A stretch of 64,000 nt of DNA from an uncultured Syntrophaceae bacterium (GTDB lineage Bacteria > Desulfobacterota > Syntrophia > Syntrophales > UBA2210), in contig CAZSYH010000006.1 in assembly GCA_964610735.1 (NCBI GenBank), forward strand, positions 666 to 64,665, written 5' to 3'. Below the pieces are notes generated by a model. It ran no database searches and was not told where the DNA came from. It saw only the letters and a program-made list of their open reading frames with translations. Each line of letters begins with the position of its first letter. The first letter of the stretch is position 1. Positions 47,412-57,628 of the stretch are shown here, in pieces. A program made the translations under genes and the position numbers.

Positions 47412-48376
47412 TGCAGGCCGCTGTAAATCTTATCCTCGTGAGGGTTGCCGCTCAATATGGCCTTAATATTAAGGAAATCCGTGAAGATCTTATCCTGGCC
47501 GGTAGCCCCGACCGGACAGAATCCCGTTATGTTGTTGAAGATGATCACGATGAGTTGTTTGTTCTGGAGACCATCCACCGGCACACACGCTCTCACAAGC
47601 AGCGGATTATCGACGCTCTTGATGAACTCTCCTCACGGGGTATCCTTGGAATTCATCCTTATTTGCGTACGGCCCATCAGGACGCGATTATCGATTTTGA
47701 TGGAAAGAGCTGGCAATGTATTCCCTATATTTCCGGGTTTGAGTTGAACCGTCCGGGATATTTGCATGAAGTCTGGCGGGGAGATGTGGTCGCGGATTTT
47801 CTCATAAACCTTCATCATAAGGCCTCGCGCCTGACATTATTTGAAAATGAACCCGTTTTTTCTCTTGTGAAATTCATTGAGGATTTTGTGCGACGTCTCG
47901 AGCAGCATTACCCGAAACTTCTCGACTCCGCCCAAAAAGCCCTTGATTATGTCCGCCGGACATTTTCCCCCGTCCATGACGATCTGCCTGTTTCTTTTTG
48001 TCATGGAGATCTACATCCGCTCAATATAGTTTGGGGGGAAAGGGACATCCTCGCGGTGATCGACTGGGAATTCCTCGGGTTCAAACCTGAAGGATATGAC
48101 CTGGCAAACCTGATAGGATGCCTGGGAATGGAGCACCCCAGGGGATTGCAGGGCGAGCTTCTTGAACGGTTGCTGCAGAGGCTCTCTGGCGGGAATGTAT
48201 ATGCCTCGATCACCTGGCGATATCTTTTTGAACTGGTTATCGCCACGCGTTTTGCCTGGTTGTCGGGATGGCTCAATAAAAAGGATTTCGAGATGGTCGA
48301 GCTTGAGCTTGACTATCTGAATCTTCTTGTTGAACACGAGGGTTTATTGAAAAATACCTGGCAGGTGACGACTTGA
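47411..48376 (+). CDS. Aminoglycoside phosphotransferase / type II homoserine kinase-like protein
   Basis: CHGDLHPLNIVW...VIDWEF...YDLA; TAATG overlap with xth. Confidence 0.8.
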   Translation: MQAAVNLILVRVAAQYGLNIKEIREDLILAGSPDRTESRYVVEDDHDELFVLETIHRHTRSHKQRIIDALDELSSRGILGIHPYLRTAHQDAIIDFDGKSWQCIPYISGFELNRPGYLHEVWRGDVVADFLINLHHKASRLTLFENEPVFSLVKFIEDFVRRLEQHYPKLLDSAQKALDYVRRTFSPVHDDLPVSFCHGDLHPLNIVWGERDILAVIDWEFLGFKPEGYDLANLIGCLGMEHPRGLQGELLERLLQRLSGGNVYASITWRYLFELVIATRFAWLSGWLNKKDFEMVELELDYLNLLVEHEGLLKNTWQVTT

Positions 48377-48757
48377 AGAATCATGCTGGGTTTAAACTTT
48401 CGGCGCGGGCTTTCGAACATAACGGGGAAAGCTGTTTAAACGCGTTGTGAAATTGTTAGTCACCTTTCGGGTTTAATAAATACGAGGCGCGATATGGTTT
48501 AACGTATTAATATTATGGCAAATAATACTTGAAGAGCCTAGGCTTTTGATTTATAGTGAGTTTGTGACAAAACACAATAATATCAAAAGGAAAGGGCTCA
48601 TATGAACCACATCAAGATCGCCTCCCAAATTCAAGCTGATATTCACGTTTGCCGCCTGCAGGGTGGAGTTGGGAAAGCCGGGAAAGGTTGTAAACTAAGG
48701 GGAAAGCTGTTAGACTCCCGCCCTGAAAATGGGAGAAGGAGAGGTGTCCGGGACGTA

Positions 48758-50593
48758 ATGAAAAAGATATCCCACATTATTTTTCTTTTGATTCTGCTTT
48801 TGATGATTGTTGTCTGTCCGGAGGCATTCGGTTCTGCGGACATACTCAATGTCAGGTACTGGACAGCTCCGGATTACACTAGGGTTGTTTTAGATGTGAG
48901 TAATGAGACGTCTTACACTGTTGTGCTGGAGGAGGATCACAGAATAGTTGTCGACCTGAAAGGCACGGTTCTGCCCGGTGGAATTCCCCATACCTATGAC
49001 ATTGATAAACCCGCGGTCAAAAAGGTCATTCTGACTTCTCTGCCCAAAGGGGGTGTCAGGGTGGAATTGCAGGTAGCGGACAATGTCGAGATGAAGGCAT
49101 TTAAGCTTAATAGAATACTCAACAAACCATATCGTGTCGTTATCGACGTCATGCTTCCGGACGTGGAGAGAAAGGAAAGCGATGAGCGGAAGAAGATCAA
49201 GGTGCTGGAAAAGAAGATCGTTGTTATTGATCCAGGGCATGGCGGAGAAGATCCAGGAGCCGTGGGCCGCAGGGGAACGCTCGAGAAAGATGTGGTTCTT
49301 GGTATAGCGAAGAAGTTGCAGGGGATCTTGAAAAAGAGGGGTTACGAGGCCTTTCTTACGAGAAATGGAGATTATTATATATCTTTGAAAAACAGGGGCC
49401 GGATAGCCAGAGAATACGGCGCTGATATCTTCATCAGTATCCACGCCGATGCCTCCAGAAGCAGGGGTGCCCGGGGGACGTCTGTATATTGCCTATCAAA
49501 CGGGGGAGCGAGCAGCGAGGCCGCAAAGCTTCTCGCACAGAGTGAGAACCTGTCGGATATAATAGGCGGTTCCCAGAATGGACATAATAACGGGGAATCA
49601 GATCCGATAACCCTTAATATGCTGCAGACAGAGACCATGAACCATTCAATGGCCTTTGGTGGTGTCGCTTTGGAAAAGATAAAACAGGTAAATCATCTGA
49701 AATTTTCAAAGGTGCAGGAAGCCCCCTTCAGGGTTCTAAAACTTCCGGATATCACTTCCCTGCTGATAGAAACCGCTTTTATAACAAATCCAAGAGAGGA
49801 GTTGTTGCTCCGTAGTTCTTCTTATCAGACTGATATCGCCTGGGCGATAGCCTACGCTGTTGATGAATCCATTCCGCTTCCCTATACTTCGGACAGGAGC
49901 TGGTGTAAGGAAGTGCTTAGCCCGAAAACATCTTTGCCTGCCGGAGAGACAACATATATCACATACAGGGTAAAGAAAGGAGATATACTGGAGCAAATTG
50001 CCAACAGGCACGGCACTACAATGAAGGTCCTCACTAGGATCAACAATATCAAGTCCAAAAACCGGATATACGTTGGCCAGAAGTTGAAAGTTCCATCCGG
50101 ATCCTCGGCCCCGGTGCCATCGGTATATGTGGTGAAACGGGGAGATATACTGGAGAGTATAGCAGCAAAGCATGGCACAACGCTGAAGTCTCTGATGGAG
50201 ATCAACAACCTCAAGTCCAAAAACAGGATATATGTCGGCCAGAAGTTGAAAGTTCTCTCGGGATCCACGGCACCGGTACCATCAGTATATGTTGTGAAGC
50301 GGGGGGATATACTGGAGAATATAGCGGTAAAGCATGGCACGACCGTAAGCGCTCTGATAGAGATCAACAAACTCAAATCCAGAAACAGGATATATGTCGG
50401 TCAGAAGCTGAAGATACCCGGCATGGATTCTGCGCCAATGGTACCTGTGGTATATGTGGTGAAGAGGGGGGATAACCTGGAAAGTATAGCCGTGAAGCAT
50501 GGCACTACTGTAGGAGTTCTGATAAAGATCAACAACCTCAAGTCCAGAAACAGGATATATGTCGGCCAGAAGTTGAAGATCCCCTATGCGTGA
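48758..50593 (+). CDS. N-acetylmuramoyl-L-alanine amidase (AMIN + Amidase_3 + 4 LysM)
   Basis: Signal peptide from ATG 48758; VRYWTAPDYTRVV (AMIN); DPGHGGEDPGA, FISIHAD and LIETAF (amidase); four LysM domains. Confidence 0.92.
   Translation: MKKISHIIFLLILLLMIVVCPEAFGSADILNVRYWTAPDYTRVVLDVSNETSYTVVLEEDHRIVVDLKGTVLPGGIPHTYDIDKPAVKKVILTSLPKGGVRVELQVADNVEMKAFKLNRILNKPYRVVIDVMLPDVERKESDERKKIKVLEKKIVVIDPGHGGEDPGAVGRRGTLEKDVVLGIAKKLQGILKKRGYEAFLTRNGDYYISLKNRGRIAREYGADIFISIHADASRSRGARGTSVYCLSNGGASSEAAKLLAQSENLSDIIGGSQNGHNNGESDPITLNMLQTETMNHSMAFGGVALEKIKQVNHLKFSKVQEAPFRVLKLPDITSLLIETAFITNPREELLLRSSSYQTDIAWAIAYAVDESIPLPYTSDRSWCKEVLSPKTSLPAGETTYITYRVKKGDILEQIANRHGTTMKVLTRINNIKSKNRIYVGQKLKVPSGSSAPVPSVYVVKRGDILESIAAKHGTTLKSLMEINNLKSKNRIYVGQKLKVLSGSTAPVPSVYVVKRGDILENIAVKHGTTVSALIEINKLKSRNRIYVGQKLKIPGMDSAPMVPVVYVVKRGDNLESIAVKHGTTVGVLIKINNLKSRNRIYVGQKLKIPYA
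49964..50585 (+). repeat. Four tandem LysM-coding DNA repeats (period 162,162,165 bp)
   Basis: Units start at 49964, 50126, 50288 and 50453; shared ATCAACAA..TCAA.TCCA.AAAC.GGATATA.GT.GG.CAGAAG. Confidence 0.9.
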
Positions 50594-50707
50594 ACGACAG
50601 TTTACAGTTTACGGTTAAGAGCGATTCACAGTTGAATCCTGAACATTGAACCTTACCCCTCATATCCCATATCTCACCCCTCATGCCTTAAACCGTGAAC
50701 CGTTTGA
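50594..50707. repeat. Heptamer repeat tract between converging genes
   Basis: CAGTTTA CAGTTTA CGGTT ... CCCCTCAT repeats ... AAACCGTGAACCG. Confidence 0.55.
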
Positions 50708-53700
50708 TCACAATTGTCTTTCAATATCCGCTATCTTCTCTTTCAGTTTCTTTGGGGATACAGTGCCCCGGGCTTTTATCTCCGGAGCGAAGACTGATAT
50801 CCTGTATTCCTCCACCATCCACGCGTACTCTTCCACGTCTCGCTTTTTCTCTTTGGACGAAGAGGCGGCTTTTTTCAGCATCTCTTCCAGTTTGTCGTCA
50901 AAAGGACTGAGCCGGTCGGCTTTGAGCTTGTCCTTTTCCAGGTGCGCTATGCCTCTTTCGGCTCGAATCATGATGGCGCGAAGATGCCTCGGTATGTCAG
51001 ATAACCTTTCCACTTCATAAATTTCCACGAAATCCTCCGGCATCAGCCGGTTGATATCTTTTCTGAGACCGGCGATAAAATCATTCGCGGATCTGTTGGT
51101 AATGTTTGCTATTTCCAGCCTGTGAAGAATCTCTCTAACTTCTCCGTGCATTTTCACTGCCGGGATAACATTCTGTAACAATTTCTGCCCTTCCGCGAGG
51201 ATATCGCGACCCGCGGACTTCGCGTATTCGAGGAAATCCTCTCGCTTTCTTATGTTTCGTTCAAAGAGGGTGCGGATGGTTTTTCGGTACAGGGCATTTT
51301 CTATCTGTTTCGCTCCTCCGCAGTAATTTGCACCTTTTTTTATCTCCTGCGGAAGGGTGAGACATTTTTTCAGGAATTTCATATCCTTCCTGAAATGTAT
51401 TTCATAGAGCACGGCGATGCCTTCCCTGTGTGTCCTCTCCGCCTTTTTCATATCTCTGAAGAGGCGTATGGCTATGTTGCCGTCAGCTTCCCTTTCCAGC
51501 GCCGGGTATGCCAGGCCAGCATCCCCGTCTTTACCTTTCAGGGTGATTTCTTCAGGGAGGTCCGCGAAATCCCACGAGGTTATTCCATCCCTTTCCCATT
51601 GCTTCTTTGCCATCTTGAATGCCGGCGATTCCCCGCCATCAGGGATATCTTTATGCAGAAGGTGGATATCACGGCCGGAGCGGATTTCCTCTCCCTTTTC
51701 GTTCACGAAGGAAAATCGCATCTTCAAATAATCCGGGATGTTTTCTATCGGCCATGCCGCGGCAGGTATATTGATGTTGAATTTTTCATGTATGAATTGT
51801 GCCATGGATGTGATGAGTGAGCTGTCACTGCTTTTGATGTTGTGTATCATTGTGTTCACTGTCTGTGGAATGGGTACAAGTTTTTTCCTGTACTCTTTGG
51901 GCAGGCCTTTTATGAGGGCAGTTATCTTTTCTCTGAGAAGGGCGGGAATCCGCCAGTCCGCTGATTCCAGAGGGAGAGTTGAAGCGACATCGGAGGGAAC
52001 ATGTATGGTTACTCCGTCATCGGGCTTTCCGGGATCGAAACTGTATGAACAGGACAAAACCCTGTTTCCCAGAGTAATTTCGTCCGGGTACATGGAGAGC
52101 TCTTCTTCCGGATAGTGTTCCATTATATCTTCTCTGCTCATCCGGAGAAAATCATCCGTGCCTCTGTCCTTTATAAGTTTCTTCAGGGTTCTGATATTGT
52201 AGGCGATATCGACTCGTTTCTCGTAGAATTCGGTGAGAATATCCTCGTTTGCCAGGATATTTCTCCTGCGCAGCCTGTCTTCCATATTAGCCACTTCTTC
52301 AATCAGATCCCGGTTATGTATCAGGAAGGGAAGCGGCTCCCTGATATCACCTTCTACGAGGGCGCTTCGGATGAATATCTTCGTGGCTTCCACCGGGTCT
52401 ATGCGACCGTACGAAACGGGTCTTCCCGGCACTATGACCAGACCGTAGAGCTTTACCTGCTCGCTTGCAACTACCTCGCCCCGATTCTTTTCCCAGTGTG
52501 CTTCCAGATAGTTTCGGCGGCAGAGATCGCCCCCGATTTCTTCCAGCCATTCGGGATTTATGACGGCGTTGATCCGGGCGAATATCCTTGATGTTTCAAC
52601 TATTTCCGCCGAGACTATCCAGTCCCCACCGCTGTTGAAGAGCCCCGAGCCGGGAAAGATCATAACCTCTTTCCCCTTTGCCATCAGATATATATTTTTT
52701 TCCTTCTTTACGCCTATGCTTGAAATATAGCCGCCGAGAATGGCCTTGTGTATCCCTTCGTAAAGCAATTCTCCCTGTAGAGTTTTCTTTGTCTTTCTGT
52801 GCCCGGTTTCTTCGAGGATGTTCGATATCTGTTCATATACATCCCGCCATTCTCTCATCCGCCTGTATGACAGAAAATGTTCTGTGCAGAATTTGCGCAT
52901 CCGGTTTTGTGTCTTCAACTCTTTGCGGATATCGTGATATCTGTTCCATATATTCAGGAGTGTTATAAAGTCGGAGGCGGGATTTACAAAGGGTTTGTGC
53001 ATCCTGTCGGCATTCTGTTCTTTTCCAAGGGGCCGTTCTCTGGGGTCCTGAATAGACAGAGCGGAGGCTATAATAATCACCTCCTCCACGCACTTGTACC
53101 TTTCGGCATCTATGATCATACGCGAAATCCTGGGATCCAGGGGGAGGCGCGACATGGCAGTTCCCCTGTCTGTCAGGATGATTTTTCCGCCCGCTGATCT
53201 TGTGGCGCCCAGTTCCCGGAGCAGGGCGAATCCGTCCCTGATATTTCCGGGAGAGGGTGCATCTACAAAGGGAAATGAAGAGATGTTGCCCATACCCAGG
53301 GCGATCATTCTCAGTATCACCTCTGCCAGGTTGGAGCGAAGTATCTCCGGAGTGGTAAAGAGGGGACGTTTCTCATAGTCTTCTTCGGTGTAAAGACGGA
53401 CGCACACTCCGTCCTGCACACGTCCACAGCGCCCCTTTCTCTGGATGGCATTGCTTCTTGATATAGCCTTTATGGGGAGTCTTCTGGTCCTTGTGCCGGA
53501 ATTGTATTCAGATATTCTTGCGAGGCCGGTATCAATGACATATCGGATGCCGGGGATGGTAATGGAGGTCTCGGCCACGTTGGTAGCCACAACGATTTTT
53601 CTTTTCCTTGTTCGCGCGAATACTCGCTGCTGCTGAGAAGACGACAGACGTCCGAAAAGGGGAAGCACTGTTGAATCGTCATTTTTGCCCGCGGCGAGGA

Positions 53701-54643
53701 TAGCGCATGTATCCACGATATCCTGTTGTGTAGGCATAAAGATGAGGATATCTCCGGGTTCTTCTCTACTCAGCTCATCTACCGCTCTGACGGCCGCGTC
53801 CACATGAGATGTTTCACTCTCTTCTCCCATCTTCGAATCAATAGGCCGGTAGCGAACCTCCACGGGATACATACGTCCCGATACCTCTATTATAGGTGCG
53901 TTATCAAACGCTTTTGAGAATTTCTCCGGGTCTATGGTCGCGGATGTTATTATAAGCTTCAGATCCCTTCTCCGGCTCAGGAGTCTTTTGAGAATGCCGA
54001 GGATAAAATCTATGTTTGTGCTCCTCTCATGCGCTTCGTCAATAATAAGGGTATCGTACCTGTTCAGATAGGGGTCTGACTGCGTCTCCATGAGGAGGAT
54101 ACCATCGGTCATCAGTTTGATGTGGATATCTTTGTTTGTTTTGTCTCTAAAGCGTATCTTGTAGCCGACAGACCTTCCCACGTCTTCCTTCAGCTCGTCG
54201 GCGATCCTGTGGGCGACTGTCACCGCCGCGATCCTCCGGGGCTGGGTGCATCCTATAATGCCGTCTATGCCGCGTCCCGCCTCTATGCACATCTTCGGGA
54301 TTTGTGTGGTCTTTCCGGAGCCGGTCTCGCCGGTAATTACGATAACCTGATGATTTTTTATGGCCTCTGTGATCTCATCTTTTTTCTTTGTTATGGGGAG
54401 AATGCCGGGGTAGGTGATTTCCGGCAGATGGTCTCGGCGGGCCTCCCTCTTTTTGATGGAGGTGTTCAGTCTTTTTTCCAATTTCAGCAGTTTGGTCAGT
54501 GTCCCTTCGCCATCTTCGCCTTTCTGAACGGAGTTGCTTATGAAACGCAACTCTCCGGTGATAAGACGCCTGTCCGGATGGAGCGCCCTTCTCACGCCGG
54601 AGCGTATCCTTTTTTGCAGTGATTTTATATCAGGCAATGCCAT
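50708..54643 (-). CDS. hrpA: ATP-dependent RNA helicase HrpA
   Basis: GETGSGKTTQIPK, TQPRRIAA, DEAHERS, TSAT, ATNVAETS and QRKGRCGR; long C-terminal region ending EEYRISVFAPE. Start uncertain (ORF is open to 54838). Confidence 0.95.
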   Translation of the reverse strand: MALPDIKSLQKRIRSGVRRALHPDRRLITGELRFISNSVQKGEDGEGTLTKLLKLEKRLNTSIKKREARRDHLPEITYPGILPITKKKDEITEAIKNHQVIVITGETGSGKTTQIPKMCIEAGRGIDGIIGCTQPRRIAAVTVAHRIADELKEDVGRSVGYKIRFRDKTNKDIHIKLMTDGILLMETQSDPYLNRYDTLIIDEAHERSTNIDFILGILKRLLSRRRDLKLIITSATIDPEKFSKAFDNAPIIEVSGRMYPVEVRYRPIDSKMGEESETSHVDAAVRAVDELSREEPGDILIFMPTQQDIVDTCAILAAGKNDDSTVLPLFGRLSSSQQQRVFARTRKRKIVVATNVAETSITIPGIRYVIDTGLARISEYNSGTRTRRLPIKAISRSNAIQRKGRCGRVQDGVCVRLYTEEDYEKRPLFTTPEILRSNLAEVILRMIALGMGNISSFPFVDAPSPGNIRDGFALLRELGATRSAGGKIILTDRGTAMSRLPLDPRISRMIIDAERYKCVEEVIIIASALSIQDPRERPLGKEQNADRMHKPFVNPASDFITLLNIWNRYHDIRKELKTQNRMRKFCTEHFLSYRRMREWRDVYEQISNILEETGHRKTKKTLQGELLYEGIHKAILGGYISSIGVKKEKNIYLMAKGKEVMIFPGSGLFNSGGDWIVSAEIVETSRIFARINAVINPEWLEEIGGDLCRRNYLEAHWEKNRGEVVASEQVKLYGLVIVPGRPVSYGRIDPVEATKIFIRSALVEGDIREPLPFLIHNRDLIEEVANMEDRLRRRNILANEDILTEFYEKRVDIAYNIRTLKKLIKDRGTDDFLRMSREDIMEHYPEEELSMYPDEITLGNRVLSCSYSFDPGKPDDGVTIHVPSDVASTLPLESADWRIPALLREKITALIKGLPKEYRKKLVPIPQTVNTMIHNIKSSDSSLITSMAQFIHEKFNINIPAAAWPIENIPDYLKMRFSFVNEKGEEIRSGRDIHLLHKDIPDGGESPAFKMAKKQWERDGITSWDFADLPEEITLKGKDGDAGLAYPALEREADGNIAIRLFRDMKKAERTHREGIAVLYEIHFRKDMKFLKKCLTLPQEIKKGANYCGGAKQIENALYRKTIRTLFERNIRKREDFLEYAKSAGRDILAEGQKLLQNVIPAVKMHGEVREILHRLEIANITNRSANDFIAGLRKDINRLMPEDFVEIYEVERLSDIPRHLRAIMIRAERGIAHLEKDKLKADRLSPFDDKLEEMLKKAASSSKEKKRDVEEYAWMVEEYRISVFAPEIKARGTVSPKKLKEKIADIERQL

Positions 54644-54915
54644 CTTTGATTTCGAGTTGGAGAATTCTTGACCGGTCATATAGTTTGATGGGGATTTACG
54701 CATTTTCTTACGATAATAGCAAACCAAATATGACGGTTCTGGTTCAGGGCTCAAGCCTGCTTTGGGGAAAGTTGTCTTTTTGTCGATGGATCTGGCTGAT
54801 GGATTGCGCTTTTTTAGGTCTTTTCCCGTTTCAACCATCTGATTTGGTTTGATTTTGAAAGACCCATTGTGCTATAAGCCTGATGATAATTCAGGTATGA
54901 AGGGAGAAGAATGGC

Positions 54916-55356
54916 ATGACAGATGAGAAGGCTTTGGAAGAATACACAGTGGCAGAGCTGAAGGAGATTGCACGAAGCAGCGGGAAGATCGAGGGCCTCG
55001 GCGCCATGAAAAAGGCTGATTTGATAAGCGCTATCAGGGTTGTGCGGGATGAGATTGTGGAAACAGTGGAAAAGGTGTCAGAAGAGAAGGTGTCAGAGGT
55101 GCCCGAAGAATCCGCGAAGACAGTGGAAAAAGATGTTTCTTCTGACCCCGCCAAAGAGAAGCCTAAAAAGAAAGCTGGAAAAGCGCCCGAAAAATCTCCG
55201 GTGACGGTATCGTCCCTGAAAGAAAAGATGGGGGTACTCAAACAGAAAAAGGAGGAACTGAAGAAGAAGGGAGACAGGGCAGGAGTTAACCGTCTCAGAA
55301 GAAGGGTAAACCGGCTTAAAAAAAGGACAAGAATGCCGGCGAAGGTTGCTTCTTAG
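54916..55356 (+). CDS. Small basic protein with Rho N-terminal (HeH) domain
   Basis: LEEYTVAELKEIA...MKKADLISAI; Lys/Arg-rich C-terminal helix; no Rho ATPase domain. Confidence 0.7.
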   Translation: MTDEKALEEYTVAELKEIARSSGKIEGLGAMKKADLISAIRVVRDEIVETVEKVSEEKVSEVPEESAKTVEKDVSSDPAKEKPKKKAGKAPEKSPVTVSSLKEKMGVLKQKKEELKKKGDRAGVNRLRRRVNRLKKRTRMPAKVAS

Positions 55357-55389
55357 GCAAACCCTGAGTGTGATGTTGGAGGTTGAGTT

Positions 55390-56043
55390 ATGTTTGTAGG
55401 AAAAAAGATGGCGAGAGACCTGATAACGATAACAGGGGATACGAGCATTCTCAAGGTAAAGAATCTTTTAAAGCAGCATAAGATTGATCAGCTTCCCGTG
55501 GTGGATGGGAAGAAGCTGGTGGGCATTATTACAGACAGAGATATCAGAGTTAATCTGCCATCTCCGGCGAGCACCCTTTCTGTTCACGAGCTTAATTATC
55601 TTCTTTCGGAGATGAAGACAGAGGATGTCATGACCAGGAAGGTGTTTACAACGACGCCAGGAACCACTATTGAAGAAGCGGCCAGATTGATAAATGAGAA
55701 ACATGTCAACAGTCTGCCGGTTGTGGTCGACGATGAACTGGTTGGCCTGATTACTACCTGTGACCTTCTGAATATTCTCCTTGAATTCATAGGGGTGCAT
55801 AGTGCTCCGAGCGGCCGTGTGGAACTCAGGCTCTCAAACAATATAGGTGAAATAGCGAAGATAGAGAATATCATAAACGGTATGGGGCTGAGGATAGTGT
55901 CCCTGGTTTCTACCATAGACAAAGATGACAGCGATGTGCGTCCCACTCTTGTGAGAGTTAGTACTGACAACATCGATGAACTTTGCGGGGTTTTTGAAGA
56001 TGCCGGGTACGCAGTTATTAATGAGTACAGGATGGACAAATAA
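55390..56043 (+). CDS. CBS-pair + ACT-like domain protein (AcuB-like)
   Basis: LPVVDGKKLVGIITDRDI, PSPASTLSVHELNYLL and LVGLITTCD. Confidence 0.85.
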   Translation: MFVGKKMARDLITITGDTSILKVKNLLKQHKIDQLPVVDGKKLVGIITDRDIRVNLPSPASTLSVHELNYLLSEMKTEDVMTRKVFTTTPGTTIEEAARLINEKHVNSLPVVVDDELVGLITTCDLLNILLEFIGVHSAPSGRVELRLSNNIGEIAKIENIINGMGLRIVSLVSTIDKDDSDVRPTLVRVSTDNIDELCGVFEDAGYAVINEYRMDK

Positions 56044-56057
56044 GTAAAGCCAGAGAT

Positions 56058-57623
56058 TTGATCCCACAGAAAGAAACAGAAAATACCCGCGTAGTGAAAG
56101 CAGCGTGGATTGTCGGGCTTGCGACTCTGCTGAGCAGAGTATTCGGCTTTATCCGGGACATGGTAATAGCGGGATTCTTCGGAGCGGGACCGGCTACCGA
56201 TGCCTTTTTCGTCGCCTTCAGGATTCCCAATCTTCTCCGCAGTCTGTTTGCGGAGGGCTCTCTCACCATAGCCTTTATTCCCGTTTTTACCGGATACCTC
56301 AAACGATCAAAAAAACAGGCCGTTGAGCTTGCAGGCATCGCCTTTACGCTTCTCTCCATTATTCTTGTGCTGGTCTCGGTCGCCGGGATATTGCTTTCTC
56401 CCTGGATTGTCAGAGTTATGGCGCCCGGGTTTGCTGACGTTCCGGATAAATACGCGCTCACAGTATTTCTAACCCGCCTGATGTTCCCCTATATATTTTT
56501 TATATCCCTGGTAGCACTGTGCATGGGCATTCTCAATTCCTTCAGGCACTTTGCGGCGCCTGCCCTCGCTCCGGTGGTTCTTAATATCTGCATGATAGCT
56601 GCCGCGTTTCTCCTGAAAGACTGTTTCAGAGATCCGATAATATCCCTCGCTGTGGGTGTTATGGTGGGAGGAGTTCTTCAGCTTGCCATGCAATTCCCGT
56701 TTCTGCTCAGGGTGGGCGCGAGGTTAAGACCGAATTTCCATTTCAACCATCCGGGAATAAAGAGTATAAGGGTACTGATGCTTCCGGCGGTGTTCGGCGC
56801 CGCTGTCTATCAGGCAAGCATATTCATAAACACCATCCTGGCATCGCTTCTTCCTGAAGGCAGCGTGTCATATCTGTACTATGCCGACAGGGTGGTGCAG
56901 CTTCCGCTCGGTGTGTTCGCGATTGCGGTGGGGACGGCATCGCTCCCCAGTTTTTCAGAACAGATGGCCGGAGGAAATTATGAAGGATTGAAGGATACGG
57001 TATCATTTTCCCTGAGGTTGATCCTGTTTGTTACTATACCGGCAATGATTGCCCTGATTGTCCTGCGTGTACCTATCATATCTGTGCTCTTCCAGCGTGG
57101 GGAGTTCGATGTTTCGTCAACGGTTTTTACCGCCCAGGCACTGCTTTATTATGCCGTAGGCTTGTGGGCATTTTCGTGCATAAGGGTTATATTATCCGCG
57201 TTTTACGCCCTGCAGGATACCAGGACTCCTGTAAAGATTGCAGTTGCGGCGCTCCTTGTAAATGTTGTAATGAGTGTTGTGCTGATGTTCCCTATGAAAC
57301 ATGCCGGACTCGCGTTTGCCACATCAATTGCCTCCGCGGTCAATGTTGTTATCCTTGCCGTGATATTGAAAAGGAAGGTGGGAGGGTTTCTTAAAAAGAG
57401 TTTCTGGACATCTGTGCTCAAGACCACGCTGGCATCCGGGGTCATGGGGCTGTCAATAATTGCAGTAAACTATACTCTCGGATGGAACAGCGAAGGGGCC
57501 CTCGGAGAAAGGTTGTTTTTCCTGACAGTCGCGGTGACTGTCGGGCTTGTTGTATTTGCTGTGAGTTCGCTTGTTCTGGGTAGCTCCGAGATGAAATCTC
57601 TGCTCAGAATGAAAAATGGATAA
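56058..57623 (+). CDS. murJ: Lipid II flippase MurJ
   Basis: SRVFGFIRD, DAFFVAFRIPNLLRSLFAEG, YLYYADR, FQRGEF and FYALQDTRTP. Confidence 0.96.
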   Translation: MIPQKETENTRVVKAAWIVGLATLLSRVFGFIRDMVIAGFFGAGPATDAFFVAFRIPNLLRSLFAEGSLTIAFIPVFTGYLKRSKKQAVELAGIAFTLLSIILVLVSVAGILLSPWIVRVMAPGFADVPDKYALTVFLTRLMFPYIFFISLVALCMGILNSFRHFAAPALAPVVLNICMIAAAFLLKDCFRDPIISLAVGVMVGGVLQLAMQFPFLLRVGARLRPNFHFNHPGIKSIRVLMLPAVFGAAVYQASIFINTILASLLPEGSVSYLYYADRVVQLPLGVFAIAVGTASLPSFSEQMAGGNYEGLKDTVSFSLRLILFVTIPAMIALIVLRVPIISVLFQRGEFDVSSTVFTAQALLYYAVGLWAFSCIRVILSAFYALQDTRTPVKIAVAALLVNVVMSVVLMFPMKHAGLAFATSIASAVNVVILAVILKRKVGGFLKKSFWTSVLKTTLASGVMGLSIIAVNYTLGWNSEGALGERLFFLTVAVTVGLVVFAVSSLVLGSSEMKSLLRMKNG

Positions 57624-57628
57624 AGACT

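Noticed and set aside
49964-50585. CRISPR-like regularly spaced repeats
   Set aside because: The period is 162-165 bp, in frame, and encodes LysM domains. There are no unique spacers and no cas genes.
54644-54838. 65-aa N-terminal extension of HrpA in the ORF track
   Set aside because: It overlaps the divergent promoter region and has no recognisable domain character; a downstream ATG is more plausible.
54916-55356. Transcription termination factor Rho
   Set aside because: Only 146 aa, with no RNA-binding OB fold or ATPase motifs.
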